From Neovahlkampfia damariscottae (taxonomy: Eukaryota): 64,000 bases of DNA. Position numbers and translations under genes: made by a program. This document shows positions 52,198 through 64,000 of this stretch, in pieces; within the stretch, counting starts at the first letter, position 1, and each line of letters begins with the position of its first letter. The DNA is taken from assembly GCA_016618085.1 (NCBI GenBank), contig JABLTG010000116.1, positions 1 through 64,000 of the forward strand, read 5' to 3'. Under the pieces are notes generated by a model. That model was given only the letters and a program-made list of their open reading frames with translations. It was not told the DNA's origin and made no database searches.

Positions 52198-55100
52198 TTA
52201 TTTTGAATTTAATTCTTCTTTCAAAATCCAAATTTTTTCTTTTTTATTAAAATTTGCAATTTCTTTTAACATTGATTTGAATAGAATTGCTTTTTCACCT
52301 TTCGTTTGATTTTTAAAATCCCTAACAATTTCTGTTGTTGATACACCATTTCTTTTTAATTTTAAGTAATTAAATATTTCATTCATTAAATTATCTTTTT
52401 CTTCATTTAACTCTTTTCCTTTCATTTTATTTAAAATATTCTTTGAATTAATTTCAATTCTTTGATTTTCTTTAAGATCAAATGATTTATTTGAAGTATA
52501 AAATGGTTGATTTAAAATGATTGAACTTTTTTGTTTTCCAAATTTATTTGATGATTTTATTATTTCATCTTCTTCATTTAATGGTTGATTAAATGATTTC
52601 TTTAAAATTTGTTTTGCATTTTTTGCAACATTCTCAGCTTGAATTTGTGCAATTGATTTTTCACAAGAAGATGACATAATTACATCATGATTAAAAGCAG
52701 ATTGAATTTCTTTGCCATCTAATAAACATTTTAAAATGAAAGTTTCATCTCCTTGATCTTGTTCATTTTTATCATTATTTAATTCTTCATTCATATTTTC
52801 AATTCTATATTCTTCATTATTATCAATTATATTTTCATCTTCATTTTTATCAATCATAGATACTATTTCACCTTTACCAAAAATATTACCAGTTTCAGTA
52901 CCAATTTGATTTTTATTTTCTAAATATTCTGATCCTAATTGAAATAAATCATTCAAATCATTTTCTTTAAAAAATCTACGTTGTCTTGGATCTTTTAAAA
53001 CTTTGTTTGTTAAAAATTGTTTAAATATTTGTCGATGATACATTTTCTCTTCAATAGTTCCAGATGTCATTAATCTATAAACAGTAACTTCTTTTTTTTG
53101 ACCAATTCTCCATGATCTTTCTAATGCTTGTAAATCTGTACTTGGATTCCAATCTGGATCATAAATAATAATTCTATTTGCACCTGTTAAATTTATACCA
53201 ATTCCACCAACTATTATTCATTCATTTATTAATTCATATGATCAAATTGTTACATACCTTTTGTGATTAATAATATTGTATCAAATGTACTACATACCTT
53301 TAGTGGTTAATAAAAATATGAAATATGATTCATCTTTATTAAATTTATCAATCATATTTTGTCTTGATGAAATATCAGTTTTACCATCCATTCGAAGATA
53401 TTTAAATTTTTTTAATTTCATTAAATCTTCAAATAAATCTAACATCTTTACACTTTGTGAATAAAGTAATACTCTATGATCTTTTTCTTTCCATAAAGGT
53501 AATAATTTTGAAACTAATGATAATTTACCACAATCTTCAATTGAAGATAATTTTAATTTCATTTCTTCTTCTGAATTATTTCTAAATAAATTTGGATGAT
53601 TACATATTTTTCTTAAATTAGAAATTACTTTAAATGTAATATCTTTTCCTTGAAATTCATCATTATTTCCATTATTTTCTAAACAATATTTAATTTCTTT
53701 ACTTTTTAAATATTCTTTATAAATGGATACTTGTAATTTTGATAATTTACAAAATAAAACTATTTTAAGTCATTCAATATGTAAATTACTTTGTTCTGTT
53801 TTTTTTGGTAAATTATGATTTACATCTTTTTTTATTCTTCTAAGTAAATAAGGTGATATTAAATCTCTTAAAGTAACAGAACATTTATATGCAGTTTGAA
53901 CATGAAATGTTGTTGCATTTACATATCCACCTTGACTAATAGGTATACCAAATACACATTGAAATGTTTTTAATCTATTAATAGTTTTTAGAGATTATCC
54001 AATAAAAACTTACGTTCCTAATCTAAAATATATTAATAAAGGATAATAAATATTACTTTCCAGGAAATATAAAATCAAATAAACACCATAATTCTTTTAA
54101 ATTATTTGATATTGGTGTTCCTGTTAAGATTAATCTTTAAAATATTCAAATAAGATAATTTCAGTTACCTGTGAGGTGTTGGAAATCTTTTACATGCAAT
54201 TGTAATTTCAGCATCAGGATTTCTTATTTTATGACCTTCATCTAAAATAACATAATAAAAATCTCTTTGAATTAATTTTTCTTGATGAATTCGAATTGAA
54301 TCATATGTTGTAATCATGATACCATTTTTTAAATTAAATACATAATCTAATAATTCATCTATTGTACCATTAAATTGATCAGATGAAGAAGAATGAAATA
54401 TGATTGGTTGTAATTTTGGACACCATTCTTCAATTTCTTCTTTCCATTGATTTAAAACAGTTGCAGGACAAACTATTATTGATATTTCATAATTATTTGA
54501 TTCAATTAAACCAGATAAAAATGAAATAATTTGAACCTACATATTAGAAAATGATTATTGATGATATTACTGTTTTTCCAAGACCCATTTCATCACCAAT
54601 AATACCACCTTTATGATTTAAATATCATTTTTATTCTTACCAATAGATTGTGAATGTAATTCAAACAACCATCGAACTCCAGTTTTTTGATAATCAAATA
54701 ATTTGTCATATATTTTTGATGGTATTGAAAAATCATCATTAAATGAAACTAATTCATCATCATCATCTTTTTGTTGTTGTTTTTTCTTTTTTTTTGAAAT
54801 GGTCTCTTTTCTTTTTCGTTTTTTATTGGTGTTTTCAAATGGTGTAATCATTCCTGTTCGAATTAACCTTTCTTCTTCTGTTTCTTCTGTTTGAAGTGAT
54901 TTTTCAAAATTTAAATAATTTTGAACAATTTTCTTTTTTTCCAGTTCCAACTCTCCTAATTTTTCTTCTTTTTTTCTGATTATTGAAGGTGTTATTTTAT
55001 TATTTTCATGATTTCCTAAATACTATCAATTTAAATAGTTAGAAAATATTGGTCGTCTTACATCATGAATTTCTTGTATTTTTTTATCAATTTTTGAAAT

Positions 55101-55250
55101 TTCTCTTTTTATAATTTCATCTTTTTCTTCCATTTCTTTGGTCACCTTTTCCATAACCTCAACTTCAAGTGTTTCCGCATCATAGGCTTCTATACCAGAC
55201 AAATCTTGTAGGTCGGAGATTGTGGTGTTTTGTTCCAACAGTGGATTCAT
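52198..55250 (-). CDS. ERCC6: Transcription-coupled repair SNF2 ATPase CSB/ERCC6/Rad26
   Basis: [47 protein letters not shown] and [19 protein letters not shown] motifs. Confidence 0.93.
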
Positions 55251-55383
55251 CAAAAATGATGATTGGTCAATGGTTGCTATTAATAAATGAATCTTCAAAA
55301 TTATTCATTTCATTTTATTTTTTATTCTGGAATAATAAAAACTACATTTCTGTTGAAAAATTATCCAATCAAAATTATAGAAA

Positions 55384-57023
55384 ATGTCTTTTCCATTACT
55401 TTCACCGAGAGAAAGACCAGTTGAACTCAGTTTATATAACGAAATCGAACAAGTTTTTCAACTATTTGACATTAATAAAGATGGGTACTTGACAGTAGAA
55501 GAAATAGGAAATTCTTTGAAAAAGTTTCTACCAGACGATACTCCTGATCAAAATGAGTTGAAAAAAATGGTAAAAGCACTTTATTCATTCAAACTTTAAG
55601 GTTTATCTTTTTGACAAAAATTTTGATGGTAAAGTCTCCTTTGAAGAATTTGCTTTTTTTTATGCGCAATCAATGGGTGTACCTTTGAGAACTATCAATG
55701 CAGGTACAAACATAAATCATAGTTAAACAATTTTTAGATGAAAAATTAAGGTTAGAGGAAATATTAAAATTAAAAACCAAAGAAAAATCAAAATGGATTT
55801 GGATAAAAGAAAAGAGGAAGAAAAAAAACTATTTAGATTAAAAAGAGATCAAGAAATTGAAAGATTAAAATTAAAAAAAGAACAACAAAAGAAATTAAAT
55901 GAATTTTCTATTGACCCAACAAAATCTGAAATAGTTGGTGTATTTTGGAATGCCATGATGATTGGTGTTGAAGGTAAATTTAAATTTTATCCAAAAAATG
56001 AAAATGGAAAAATTGTAAAAGTGGATGGTTTAGAATTTGAAATTTATTGTATGGCAGATGAAGAAAATGAAAATATACCAAAATTAGCTTCAATTTCATC
56101 AAGTAAAATAGATACGGATGGTGGTATTGAATTTAAATTTACACCATCAAATGAATTTAATCAAAATTGGTATAGTTTTGATATCTCAAATAAAGGTGAA
56201 ATTGTTGCTCAAAATACAAATGTCTTAATTGGGAATGAGAAAAAGATTGAAACAGAAATGAAAAAATATGAAAAGAAAATTAAACAATTGGAGATTAAAC
56301 AATCAGATTCTGCTGCAACTGGATTAGAAACAAAACTTGGTGGTCAAATTGAAAAATTACAAAAAAAATTTATTGCTTTTAAAAATTTATTACAGCAAGT
56401 TGAAACAGAATCTCCAAAAGTAAATATTGTTGAAAAGAAAACACCACCACCACCAGTTAAGAAACCAGAAATTAATATTGATATTTCAAAATCAGTTGTA
56501 TGGGGTTGTTGTTGGACTGTAATGATGATTGGATTAAAATGTTCAATTGTATTTTATCCTTTAGGTGAGAACAAAAAAATATTAATTTTATGAAATAGAC
56601 TCAAATGGTAAAATTGTTAAAGTTGATTTATCAAAAATTAAATTTGAAATTTATGCAATGGCTGATGAAGACGAAGAGGATGTGCCAAAATTAGCTTGTG
56701 TACCACCTTGTTTAGTTCGTCCAGATTTTGGTATTGAATTTCAATTTACACCAAATGATGAATATAATCAAACATGGTATAGTTTTGATATTGCATATGG
56801 GGAAGAAATTCTTGCACAAAATTCAAACGTTTTAATTGGTTCAAAATCTAAAATTGAAAATGAAATTAAAAAATATGCAAAGAAAATAAAACAACTAGAA
56901 ATCAAACAATCAGATTCTGCTGCGACTGGATTAGAGACTAGACTTGGTGGTCAAATTGAAAAATTACAAAAGAAAATGATTGAATACGAAAAATTAATGA
57001 AATTAATAACACAACAAAAATAA
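55384..57023 (+). CDS. EF-hand protein with a tandemly duplicated ~150-aa unknown domain
   Basis: EF loops DINKDGYLT and DKNFDGKVS; two copies of W..MMIG...MADE...PKLA...WYSFDI...KQSDSAATGLET.LGGQIEKLQKK. Confidence 0.8.
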
Positions 57024-57059
57024 ATAATGAAACACTTCATTCTCAATACTAACTTTCTA

Positions 57060-57832
57060 ACTTGAGAGACAGTAAATGTAAATTTTTTCTTCTATTTTAC
57101 AATTGATCCATCCAGCTTGTTCATCATTCCGGATTTTCTTCTTTTTTAAATTTTTCATCATCTATTTCTTTTCTTTTTCTTCCTTTTTTTTCTTGAACAT
57201 TTGATCTGTTTTCGTCATTGTTTTCCCTGAAAAAGAGTAATCCAATATCATTGAATGAACAAGAAATTCCATTTTTAAATCTAAGAATTTCTTTATTTGA
57301 TTGTCAAAATATGTAACATTTTCCCAAAACGTTGTTGCACAACCAAAATTTTTTTAATTTTTAAATTTTATAGGATTTAACACTGCAAAGACAGTTCCCT
57401 TTCTTTAATTACACTTTAATTTTTTTCCAAATTGCTTTTTCATTGGATAAAAAATATAACAATTCAAAAAAAAAACTCATAATTAAGCTTTGGATCTTTG
57501 GATAATTCCAATTGGATTTTATAAACATTAAAAGTTGTGGACGAGTCAGTAGATAAACTGATAAGTACTCCTTTTGTGGAGACCATTTCTAAGTCATGAT
57601 GAAGATACATTTCAGAATTCATATTAAAAGTTATTGTGTTATAGTTGTTTGAATCTTCATAATTTAATTCTGCTTTCAAAATATTAAGAATTTGTCGAAA
57701 TTCTTCTTCTCTTAATTGTTTTCCATTTTTTTTTAAACATGGTTCTTTATATTCATCTGAACCAATACTAAAACTACAAGTTCTTTCAGCCAAATTGTTT
57801 TGATTTGTAGCACTGTTTTCATAATTTTCCAT
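57060..57832 (-). pseudogene. Degenerate gene fragment
   Basis: 122-aa ORF followed by stop-interrupted, protein-like codons; no family recognised. Confidence 0.35.
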
Positions 57833-58727
57833 TGTAGCTAAGTAAATATTTTTAAGATATTGAAGTAAATTATTGCAAATTCTGATGTTGTCTTAAAATT
57901 AAAGTTTAAAATTGAATGTAAAGTTTATTTTTGCTTTGTTTCCTAAATCAAAACGATTGGCTAATTCAAAGTATCCATATATATACTGTTTCATTGGTTA
58001 CTACTTCCAATTTAATGATTGGTCCTTAAATTCTTCTGGTTCATTTCTATAAATCGTTTAACAACTCGTCAATTCAATTTCTTTCAACAATCAAAATCTA
58101 TAAAAAAAATTTTATTTAAATAATTTCAAACTTCAATATTTTCATCATCATTTAATTTTTCATATAAAAGTAGATTTTTTTTAGTTCTTTGAATAATATT
58201 CTTTTTTTTTTGCTGCATAGTGGATTGGTGGCAAATTCTTCATGGATTTTCCTTTAAAAAATATTTGTTTCTCTTGAAATTTTTTTTCTTTAGATTCATT
58301 GTTGAAGTTGTATTTATATTTCTTGGATTTTATCACTTTTTCAAAAGTTTTTTGACCGGCAGTTGGTCACTTGGTGATCATGTAAATTGTTTCAAAACTT
58401 TTGATTGGTCAGAATTATTCATTTAAGTACTAAAACTTGTAAAAAGTTGAATGATTTTGAAAAAACACACAAAACCTGAAAAAAAAAATTCTGCCGATTC
58501 AAAAAAAGAAAAGATAAAGAAAAATGAAAAGAAATCAAATAAATTTGATAAGTTTTAAAGTTTTTTTCAATTTTTCTTTATCAATTGTTGTAATAAAAGA
58601 TGAATATTTAAATTCTAAGAAAAGTTGGAAATCAAACTACTTTAGACAGTTGGACTTCAAAATTAAAAATTATTTCAAAAAAAAAGTTGAACATTAGTAC
58701 CAATTTATTTTTTCATTCACATTTTAG

Positions 58728-59670
58728 TTGATCAACATATTAATACAATTGATGGAAAAGAAAACTTTTATTTTAAAATGGACAGTAAATGAACTTTCTA
58801 AAAGTGAATTAAAAGAACAATGTAAAATTATACTTGCAAGAAACAAATTAATCTGTCAAACCATCATTCCAGCTTTAGTAGAAATGAAAATTGATAATAG
58901 AACCAAAAACAAAAACCAACTTGCTAGAAAATATTTTAATTCAAAATTAAAAGAAAATGATACTATTATGGTTCAAGATATTTTTGCAAACAAATTTCAA
59001 AAGCGTTATTTAGGACCTTTTAAAATTAAATCAATTAACAAACTTTCACACGTTTTATAAAAACAGATTATGTTTTTACTGTTCCAAGTACTAAAACTAT
59101 TACAATTTTTCAAAAAAAACAAAATTACCAAGATCAACATGATACAGATGATGAAGAAGATGAAAAAGAAACATCCAAAATGAACCAATCAAAAATCAAG
59201 ATTCTAAACATGAAGAAAAAACATTTTTAGATCAAAATCAAAATTCAAATGATGAAAAAGATCTAAAAGAAAAAAGTAAATGGAAAACAAAAATCAAGAA
59301 AAGAAGAGATAGAAAGAAAAAATCAAATAACTTTTCTTCCTCTCCGGAAGGACAACAATAGTTGCTTTAATTCAACAAATCGGAGAGGGAATGTTACATG
59401 CAAAACAAAGTTGTATTAAACAGAGATAAACACATCCGAATTAAGCTATTCAAATATCCATATTTAGTGATTACACGACTTAAAGTAAACTATCTATTTC
59501 AGATATGACCTTCTATTACATCAATTGGAACTAGGCACAAGAGTTATAAAAGTGCATTAAAATAACTAATAAACATTCACAACTTTCGAATACCCAAGAG
59601 TAGATAGTCTTTAGACAGTCCTTTTTATAGGGGTCCTTGGCTCTTTTTCAGAGAGTAAATTTTACAAAAC
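58728..59670 (+). mobile_element. Ty3/gypsy LTR-retrotransposon remnant (integrase C-terminus, PPT, probable 3' LTR)
   Basis: KFQKRYLGPFKI (GPY/F motif); polypurine tract GGAGAGGGAA (59382-59391) directly followed by TGTTA; then TATAAAA and AATAAA. Confidence 0.65.
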
Positions 59671-60985
59671 AAAAAGTAGAAAAACTCCTCTCAAATTCCA
59701 TCCAAATTTTTTCAACTCCAGACCAACTGACCAACAGCTGAGACCGACAAAAACATAAAACTCACTTCTCTACAACAATAAAATTTTTGTTTTGCAGATA
59801 CATGATTCATTGCTTCCTTCACCAAATAATTTTTAAAATCAGTCAATGAACAGGAGTATAAAAGAATTAATAAAACAAGCATCTATGAGGAGCTTTGGAA
59901 TTTGAACTGGTTCAAAGGATTGTATTGATTGTTACTTTGTGCAGTTGGCATTTTAAAACTAATTGAATGATGACGACAAATTTTTGAGACTAATTGAAAC
60001 AGAATTAGAGAAGGTATGTGGATTTGGATGAGTAGAGTGAAGAAAAAAATATTAAATAATTATGCTCATGGATTACTCATTATATTTAAAGAGGTTGGTA
60101 ATGGAATGGTGATGAAGTGCCAAAAAAATTATTTTAGGATAAACCAATTGAAATACTTCTGAGAATTCATTGGTTGAAAGGAAAGGAGAATTTTGGACCA
60201 ATAAAATAAATTCACAGCAAGTGCATTTTCAAAAAATTCTTTCATTGGTTGGTTTTTCAAATTTTAGAAACTCAAAATTTTATAGAAGATCCTTTAATTG
60301 TCTTAACTCCAAAGATTTGAAAAAAATGAAGAAAAGAAATTGTATTATTTTCAACACCAAACTTAAAAATAAGAATTGAATTATCCAACACCAAGAACGA
60401 TGTTGATTTATTGATAATAGATCACTTTCTTATAAAAACATTCTTGAACATTTACTGAAAGTAAAAAAGTATTCCTAACAAATTTGACGTTAAAACATCA
60501 TTTTAATTCTATGATTTATTATCTTTGCGTAATGTAGGCATTCATAACAATTTTTTCTGCATTTCTTGTTTGATGACTTTTTTTAATAGAAAACGAAATT
60601 CTGTTTCAAGTGAAAGATCAATGAGAATTTCAAAATAAGCATAATTTTGGACAATTATGAATAAATCCTTTCTATGAATTGCAATTTAATGATGTTCATT
60701 GCCATAACATAGTCTTAGCGTACCACAGTCACCTTTTTGGCAATTTTTAAAATAAATTAAAACTTCAACTATTCTTAATTCTATTTTTTAAAGATGCAAC
60801 TTGTTTTCAATAAAAAGAGTTTGAAGCTTGTGAACACCTAAAACTTTGTCATCTCTTCACTTTTGTACCATTTGTTATAATTTTATGGATAAACATTATT
60901 AATTTTAATTCTTTTGGAATACCCAAAAAAAATAATTAATCCGATTTATTTTGGGTTTCTAATTGGTCAATGGATTTCAAACAAA

Positions 60986-62946
60986 ATGAACCAAGAAAAA
61001 AAACCTGGTGAAAAAATTATTGAACCACCAAAACTTGATGAAATATTAGAAATCTCAACATCACAGGATATTTTTTTAGAAACTATTCAATTACCATTTG
61101 TAAATAGAAAAAAAGAAATAATTTCCATTATTTGCAGATTTGTTCAGAATTATTATTATCATAGAAATTATTGAAAATTTAAAGAATTTAATGAAAGAAC
61201 GTTATGATGAAGACTTTTTTGAAAAAGTTCTTGAAAGAATATTCAATATGAAAGAAACTTCAAAACTTTTTAAACATTTTGTACAAGAAGGAGAAGATAG
61301 GATTTCAAGTAAAATTGCATATTCTATTTTTCAAAATTCTGATATGAAAGATAATGCATTAAATGGAATGGCAACAGATGAAATGAAAAAATATGATTAT
61401 TTTCTTCATATTGATGAAGTAACAGGAGATATTAAAAAGATACGAGATCTTTGGGAATCATTAACCACATTAAAATTAGAATTATCAAAACATGATATTA
61501 TTTTTGATTTTTATTTAACTGGAAAAAGAACTCTTTATAATAAGGTATTTTTAATATTAATTGAATAATATTTAGATTGGTCTTGGTTCTAATATATCAC
61601 CTTCATCCATTGAATGGATTATAATTAATCCTTTAGAAAAAAAACATGTACAGCAATTGGTAAATGATGAAGAAACATTTCCCAAGAATATTTCATTTGA
61701 AAATGATGAATTAAAAAATTATTTTATTAATTCAGTTCATTTATCATCTGGTGGAATTCCAAGATTAATTGAATTTTTATGGATTTCTTTTAAAAAAATT
61801 GTTGAAGAAAAATTAAAAACAAAAGAAGAAGTGGACATGATTTTTCTTCGTTCCTTTAAATTAATTGAATTATACGCAAGAGATTCAGATAAATTCATTT
61901 TAGATGAAGAATTAAAAATACCAGCTTTACATTTTTATGCATTATCCATTTTTTGTAATTCATTCAAATCGAATGAAATAATTAAAATTAATGAAGAAAA
62001 ATTTGAATTTCAAGATATAATATCAATACTTCCTTTTTATATTACCAAAGAAAAAAATGAACTCAAAATTATTCAATCATTTATGTATAAATTTTTAAAA
62101 AAAAATTATGAAGAAAATCTTGGAATTTTATTTTCATTAACTCCAAATTTACCTTCGAATATATTTGTTGATTCATCTTATCTTTTTGAAATTTTTGTGT
62201 TAAATAGATTAATTTCTATTTCTCAATTGAATTTGAAAAAAAAAATATCAGAAATGAATGCACTTCCATTTTTACATCACAGTTTTGTTTCACAATTAAA
62301 TTTAGATATTGATATTGAAAATAATTTAATTTTTCTTCCACAAGTCACTTCCAAAGGAAAATCAATGGAATCAAAAAATTTACAAGAATTAAATAATTTA
62401 AAAACAATAAAAAAAGAAGAAATATCAAAAATTATTGATTTGATATTTTCTGTGAATAAAACAATAATAGGAAAACCAAGAGATCGATCAAGTAGTGCAG
62501 ATCTTATTATATTTCAATCAAATTCATATTTAATGGAATGGCAAATGAAATTTGGTGATCAAGAAATTGGATTTTCATCAATAAACAATGAAGTAAAAAA
62601 GTCATTTGTGATGAAAGATATTAAATCAGTTTTCATAATGATTGCAATGAATTTATCACCAGAATTAAACTCTTTGATTGACGAAAAATCAGGATTTATT
62701 GAATTTGATGAAGGTGAATATTATGCTTCAACAAATGCAACTTATTTTTGTCATTATAAAGATAATAAGTTTTGCAAATTCTTAATCCCAAAAGGCATCA
62801 TTAGTGCTCCTGAGATAAAAGATATAAAATTAGATAAAAAAGTCAAATTGATAGTTCCAAAGAATTTACAAATAATTATTCTTAACAAAAGTGGATTACA
62901 AGAACTTCTTGGAATTTCAAATTATGACATTATTAAATTGGAATAA
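60986..62946 (+). pseudogene. Crinkler/RHS-like NTPase + PD-(D/E)xK nuclease gene, frameshifted near 61150-61175
   Basis: LPFVNR, Walker B FLHIDEV, SGGIPRL and SSADL...EWQMK motifs; no Walker A found. Confidence 0.6.
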
Positions 62947-62965
62947 AACTGATAAACTGGAAGAA

Positions 62966-63724
62966 ATGAAAAAATTAGTTATCAAAGCAATTTCCCAAAT
63001 TTCATCAAAAAAAAAAATTCACAAATTAGAAATGGAAGAAACAGAATACAAAAAACCAAAAATTGAAAGTGACTGGGAAAATATAAGAAAAAAAATATTT
63101 TCTATCATTGAAAAATTTCAACAAAATGAATTTCAAATCATTGATCTGATTTCAAGCAAAAATGAGAAATTGTTAGAGAAATATGAACATTCAATTTCAT
63201 TAAATGATCCTGAATTTGTTAAATACATTTCATATCAAGCAAAAATAATAAAAGAGAATATTGAAAAAGAAAAAGAAGAAAAAGAATGGAAAAATATCAT
63301 GCAAAATTTATTTTCTATCAAAAATAAATTTCAACAAAATGAATTTCAAACCATTGATGATCTTGTTTCAAGCAAAAATAAGAAATTTTTGGAGAAATAT
63401 AGACACGGAACTTCAAAAATATCTTTAATTGATCCTGAATTTATTGGTTACATTTCAGAGCAAGCAAAAGTAATTGAAGAGAATCAAAAAATTGAAAAAT
63501 TAGAAAAAGAAAAAATTTTGAACTTTTGTATGAGTTCCATTAGATATGGCGTTGAACAAAAAATTATCAATGAAAAGGAAAAGACTTTAATGCAAGGAGA
63601 TGTATTGTTTCTTCAACCAGGACCATTAATGGAACAATTAAAAAACTTAATGTTTTTAACATTAGGTGATCATGAAAAAAAATCTTTAGTTATTCAACTT
63701 ATTCAAAAAGAACTAAAAAAATAA
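62966..63724 (+). CDS. Hypothetical protein with an internal ~70-aa duplication (may be a frameshifted tail of the upstream gene)
   Basis: Two copies of W.NI...FS...KFQQNEFQ.ID...SSKN.K.LEKY.H...ISL.DPEF..YIS.QAK. Confidence 0.5.
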   Translation: MKKLVIKAISQISSKKKIHKLEMEETEYKKPKIESDWENIRKKIFSIIEKFQQNEFQIIDLISSKNEKLLEKYEHSISLNDPEFVKYISYQAKIIKENIEKEKEEKEWKNIMQNLFSIKNKFQQNEFQTIDDLVSSKNKKFLEKYRHGTSKISLIDPEFIGYISEQAKVIEENQKIEKLEKEKILNFCMSSIRYGVEQKIINEKEKTLMQGDVLFLQPGPLMEQLKNLMFLTLGDHEKKSLVIQLIQKELKK

Positions 63725-64000
63725 AATATTATTGATTAAACTTTCAAAATTGATCAATTAAATCATTTAGAATTAAATAAAATTTAAATTAATCTCAATT
63801 ATTAGAAATGAAAATTTATTTATCATCAAAATATTTAACATCAAAAACCTCTTTCGTATTTTGAAAAATATTTGATTTATTTTGTTAATTCACCAACAAA
63901 TTTTTTAGATTGTTTTGTTTCGTAATTGATGTAAATCTTATCAATTTTGGGACTATCAGATTCTTCTTCTTTCTTGAGAACACCCAAAAAACTTTCAGAA

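Noticed and set aside
58349..59752. Imperfect inverted repeat (GTTGGTCA.TTGGT) flanking the retroelement remnant
   Set aside because: Short, and made of the CCAAT-like motifs common in this genome; insufficient for a TIR call.
1..64000. Alternative genetic code, AT-AC introns, CRISPR arrays, tRNA/rRNA genes
   Set aside because: In-frame stops in conserved genes are explained by GT-AG introns. No repeat-spacer array, cloverleaf or rRNA motif was seen.

Overview
Extremely AT-rich, gene-dense eukaryotic nuclear DNA, read with the standard genetic code. Tiny GT-AG introns (mostly 26-47 nt), CCAAT-box micro-promoters and an RGS/RhoGAP-rich gene set suggest a protist, probably a heterolobosean amoeba (inference only). 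About 30 spliced genes were reconstructed by eye, including PMS2, CapZ-alpha, PLC, a front-end desaturase, MCM7, an LRBA-like BEACH protein, HEATR5-like, p62-like, cytosine deaminase, PUS1, eIF4A3 and CSB. Degenerate mobile/effector DNA lies at both ends: a frameshifted Fanzor/TnpB gene running off the left edge, and a Ty3/gypsy remnant plus a Crinkler-like NTPase-REase gene on the right. The main candidates for something new are: (1) three independent double-length introns that split exactly at an internal AG|GT into two normal-sized introns with a zero-nucleotide exon, suggesting recursive splicing of tiny introns; (2) a structured, relatively GC-rich non-coding island carrying a (TTTGGG)-complementary template-like motif, a candidate telomerase RNA; (3) unannotated microproteins and a 34-bp bidirectional promoter. 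Exon boundaries were inferred manually and have no transcript support.
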